DNA of 64,000 nt from Actinomycetes bacterium (GTDB lineage: Bacteria > Actinomycetota > Actinomycetes > S36-B12). The translations under genes and the position numbers were made by a program. The stretch covers positions 451,031-515,030 of the forward strand of contig OZ245718.1 of assembly GCA_965227045.1 (NCBI GenBank), read 5' to 3'. The notes beneath the pieces are model-generated. The model worked only from the letters and a program-made list of their open reading frames with translations. It did no database searches and was not told the DNA's origin. Of the stretch, positions 62,933 to 64,000 are shown piece after piece (position 1 is the first letter of the stretch; every line of letters starts with the position of its first letter).

Positions 62933-64000
62933 ATGCCAGTCGCCGTGATCCGCAGGAGCCTTGTCGTGGTCGTCTCCGTTGTCGCGGTGCTGACGGCAGG
63001 TCTGAGTGGCTCGCCTGCATGGGCACGTACCCCGAATGACGTGGGTCCAGACGCGGTACGGGCCGCAGGTTCGCGTGCCTACACCGAGCCGGTCGTCCTC
63101 AGCGCCACGAATGGGGTTCTGGAACTCACCTTGACCTCAAGTCAGGGCACAGCCGCGTTCGACACGGCCGCCGGCCCGGTGAGCAACGCCATGCTCTTCG
63201 GGTACACCATCATCCGCGGGGCCGCGTCAAACGGTCGAATGAGCGACGCCAACCTGTATCCCGGGCCGACGATCAACGTGCTTCCTGGCCAGACCCTGAT
63301 CGTGCACATGCAGAACAAGCTCGAAGGCCTGACCATCGACGACTTCGTTGACCCGGCGTTCACGCCTGCAGGGGAGCCGGTTCCGCTGTATCCGCCGCAA
63401 CTGGACTCGTCGCCGTTCAACCTGCACACCCACGGACTTCATGTCAGCCCCTCGGGGAACTCCGACAACGTCCTGCTGAACATCCCGCCCGGCCTGACGA
63501 ACACGTACACGTACGTGATTCCCGCGGACCACCCCGAAGGCATGTACTGGTACCACTCGCACCGCCACATGCTCACGACGCCGCAGACCTACCGTGGGCT
63601 GATCGGCATGCTGCTCATCGGTCGTTCCGACGGCGGCATTCCCGCAGTAGCGCAGAACAAGTTGCCCGTGCGGTCCATGGCGCTGCAGTACAACTATGTC
63701 TTCGACAGAGCCGGTGGGCTCACCACGTTGAACTACCCCTGGTGGCCGGCCATGCTGAGCACGCTGGAGCCAGCAACGGCGAAGGGTCTCGCGGACGGCA
63801 CGTACGAGCCGAAGCTCACGCCGACGAACTTCACGAGTTCGGCGCCGGGCACGCAGTTCTTCACGGGCTGGTACGACGGACCGCTATCGATCGACAACGC
63901 CCGCGGTGTCTTCCAGTACGTCCCCAGCAACCTGCAGTCGTTCACCAGCAACGACGGCACCACGGTCCTTCCGGCAAACACCTCATTGCCCGACGACCAA
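62933..64000 (+). CDS. Multicopper oxidase, 5' part (gene continues beyond the right edge)
   Basis: Not in the ORF track (no stop). ATG 62933 opens a frame that stays open to 64000. Signal peptide MPVAVIRRSLVVVVSVVAVLTAGLSGSPAWA. Copper sites FNLHTHGLHV (HxHG) and GMYWYHSHRH (WYHSH). Confidence 0.8.
   Translation, partial: MPVAVIRRSLVVVVSVVAVLTAGLSGSPAWARTPNDVGPDAVRAAGSRAYTEPVVLSATNGVLELTLTSSQGTAAFDTAAGPVSNAMLFGYTIIRGAASNGRMSDANLYPGPTINVLPGQTLIVHMQNKLEGLTIDDFVDPAFTPAGEPVPLYPPQLDSSPFNLHTHGLHVSPSGNSDNVLLNIPPGLTNTYTYVIPADHPEGMYWYHSHRHMLTTPQTYRGLIGMLLIGRSDGGIPAVAQNKLPVRSMALQYNYVFDRAGGLTTLNYPWWPAMLSTLEPATAKGLADGTYEPKLTPTNFTSSAPGTQFFTGWYDGPLSIDNARGVFQYVPSNLQSFTSNDGTTVLPANTSLPDDQ

Overview
High-GC (about 68-70% by eye, not computed) chromosomal segment from an Actinomycetota genome. 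I call about 62 protein genes, one tRNA-Leu(GAG), and no rRNA, CRISPR array, transposase or integrase. Most of the window is conserved actinobacterial core. From memory, its gene order matches the Mycobacterium tuberculosis Rv2050-Rv2141 region: uppP, a histidine-phosphatase/DUF3090/PI-kinase-like trio, mshC, gnd, pgi, a PAC2-family gene, metH, a RecB-like nuclease and trmI. These are followed by the complete Pup-proteasome locus (arc-dop-pup-prcB-prcA-pafA-pafB-pafC), tatA-tatC, a lipid kinase, helY, a 5'-3' exonuclease, pepE, an acyl-CoA dehydrogenase, lnt, ppm1, fxsA and rbpA. The left third (1-24 kb) is more variable. It holds redox and second-messenger genes (LLM oxidoreductase, VOC protein, GGDEF cyclase, glutathione peroxidase, and a cNMP-binding thioredoxin-reductase-like protein that has lost its CxxC). 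It also holds phoA, a same-strand cluster of secreted glycine-rich, RTX-like and pentapeptide-repeat proteins, a visibly low-GC (about 53-58%) three-gene islet just downstream of tRNA-Leu, a low-GC vapBC module with a perfect 28-bp palindrome over its start, and a sulfatase/sulfonate-binding-protein/LLM cluster. The candidates most worth follow-up are the orphan tRNA-adjacent islet (13.1-14.9 kb), the translationally coupled kinase-like/phosphatase/zinc-ribbon trio upstream of mshC (26.1-28.2 kb), the secreted Gly-rich/RTX operon (8.9-11.7 kb), and the PAC2-family gene coupled to an alpha/beta hydrolase (32.4-34.1 kb). I could not assign a function to any of these from sequence alone, and I cannot show that any is truly undescribed without database searches. 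Many long ORFs in the supplied track are antisense or upstream-extension artefacts typical of high-GC DNA and were rejected.
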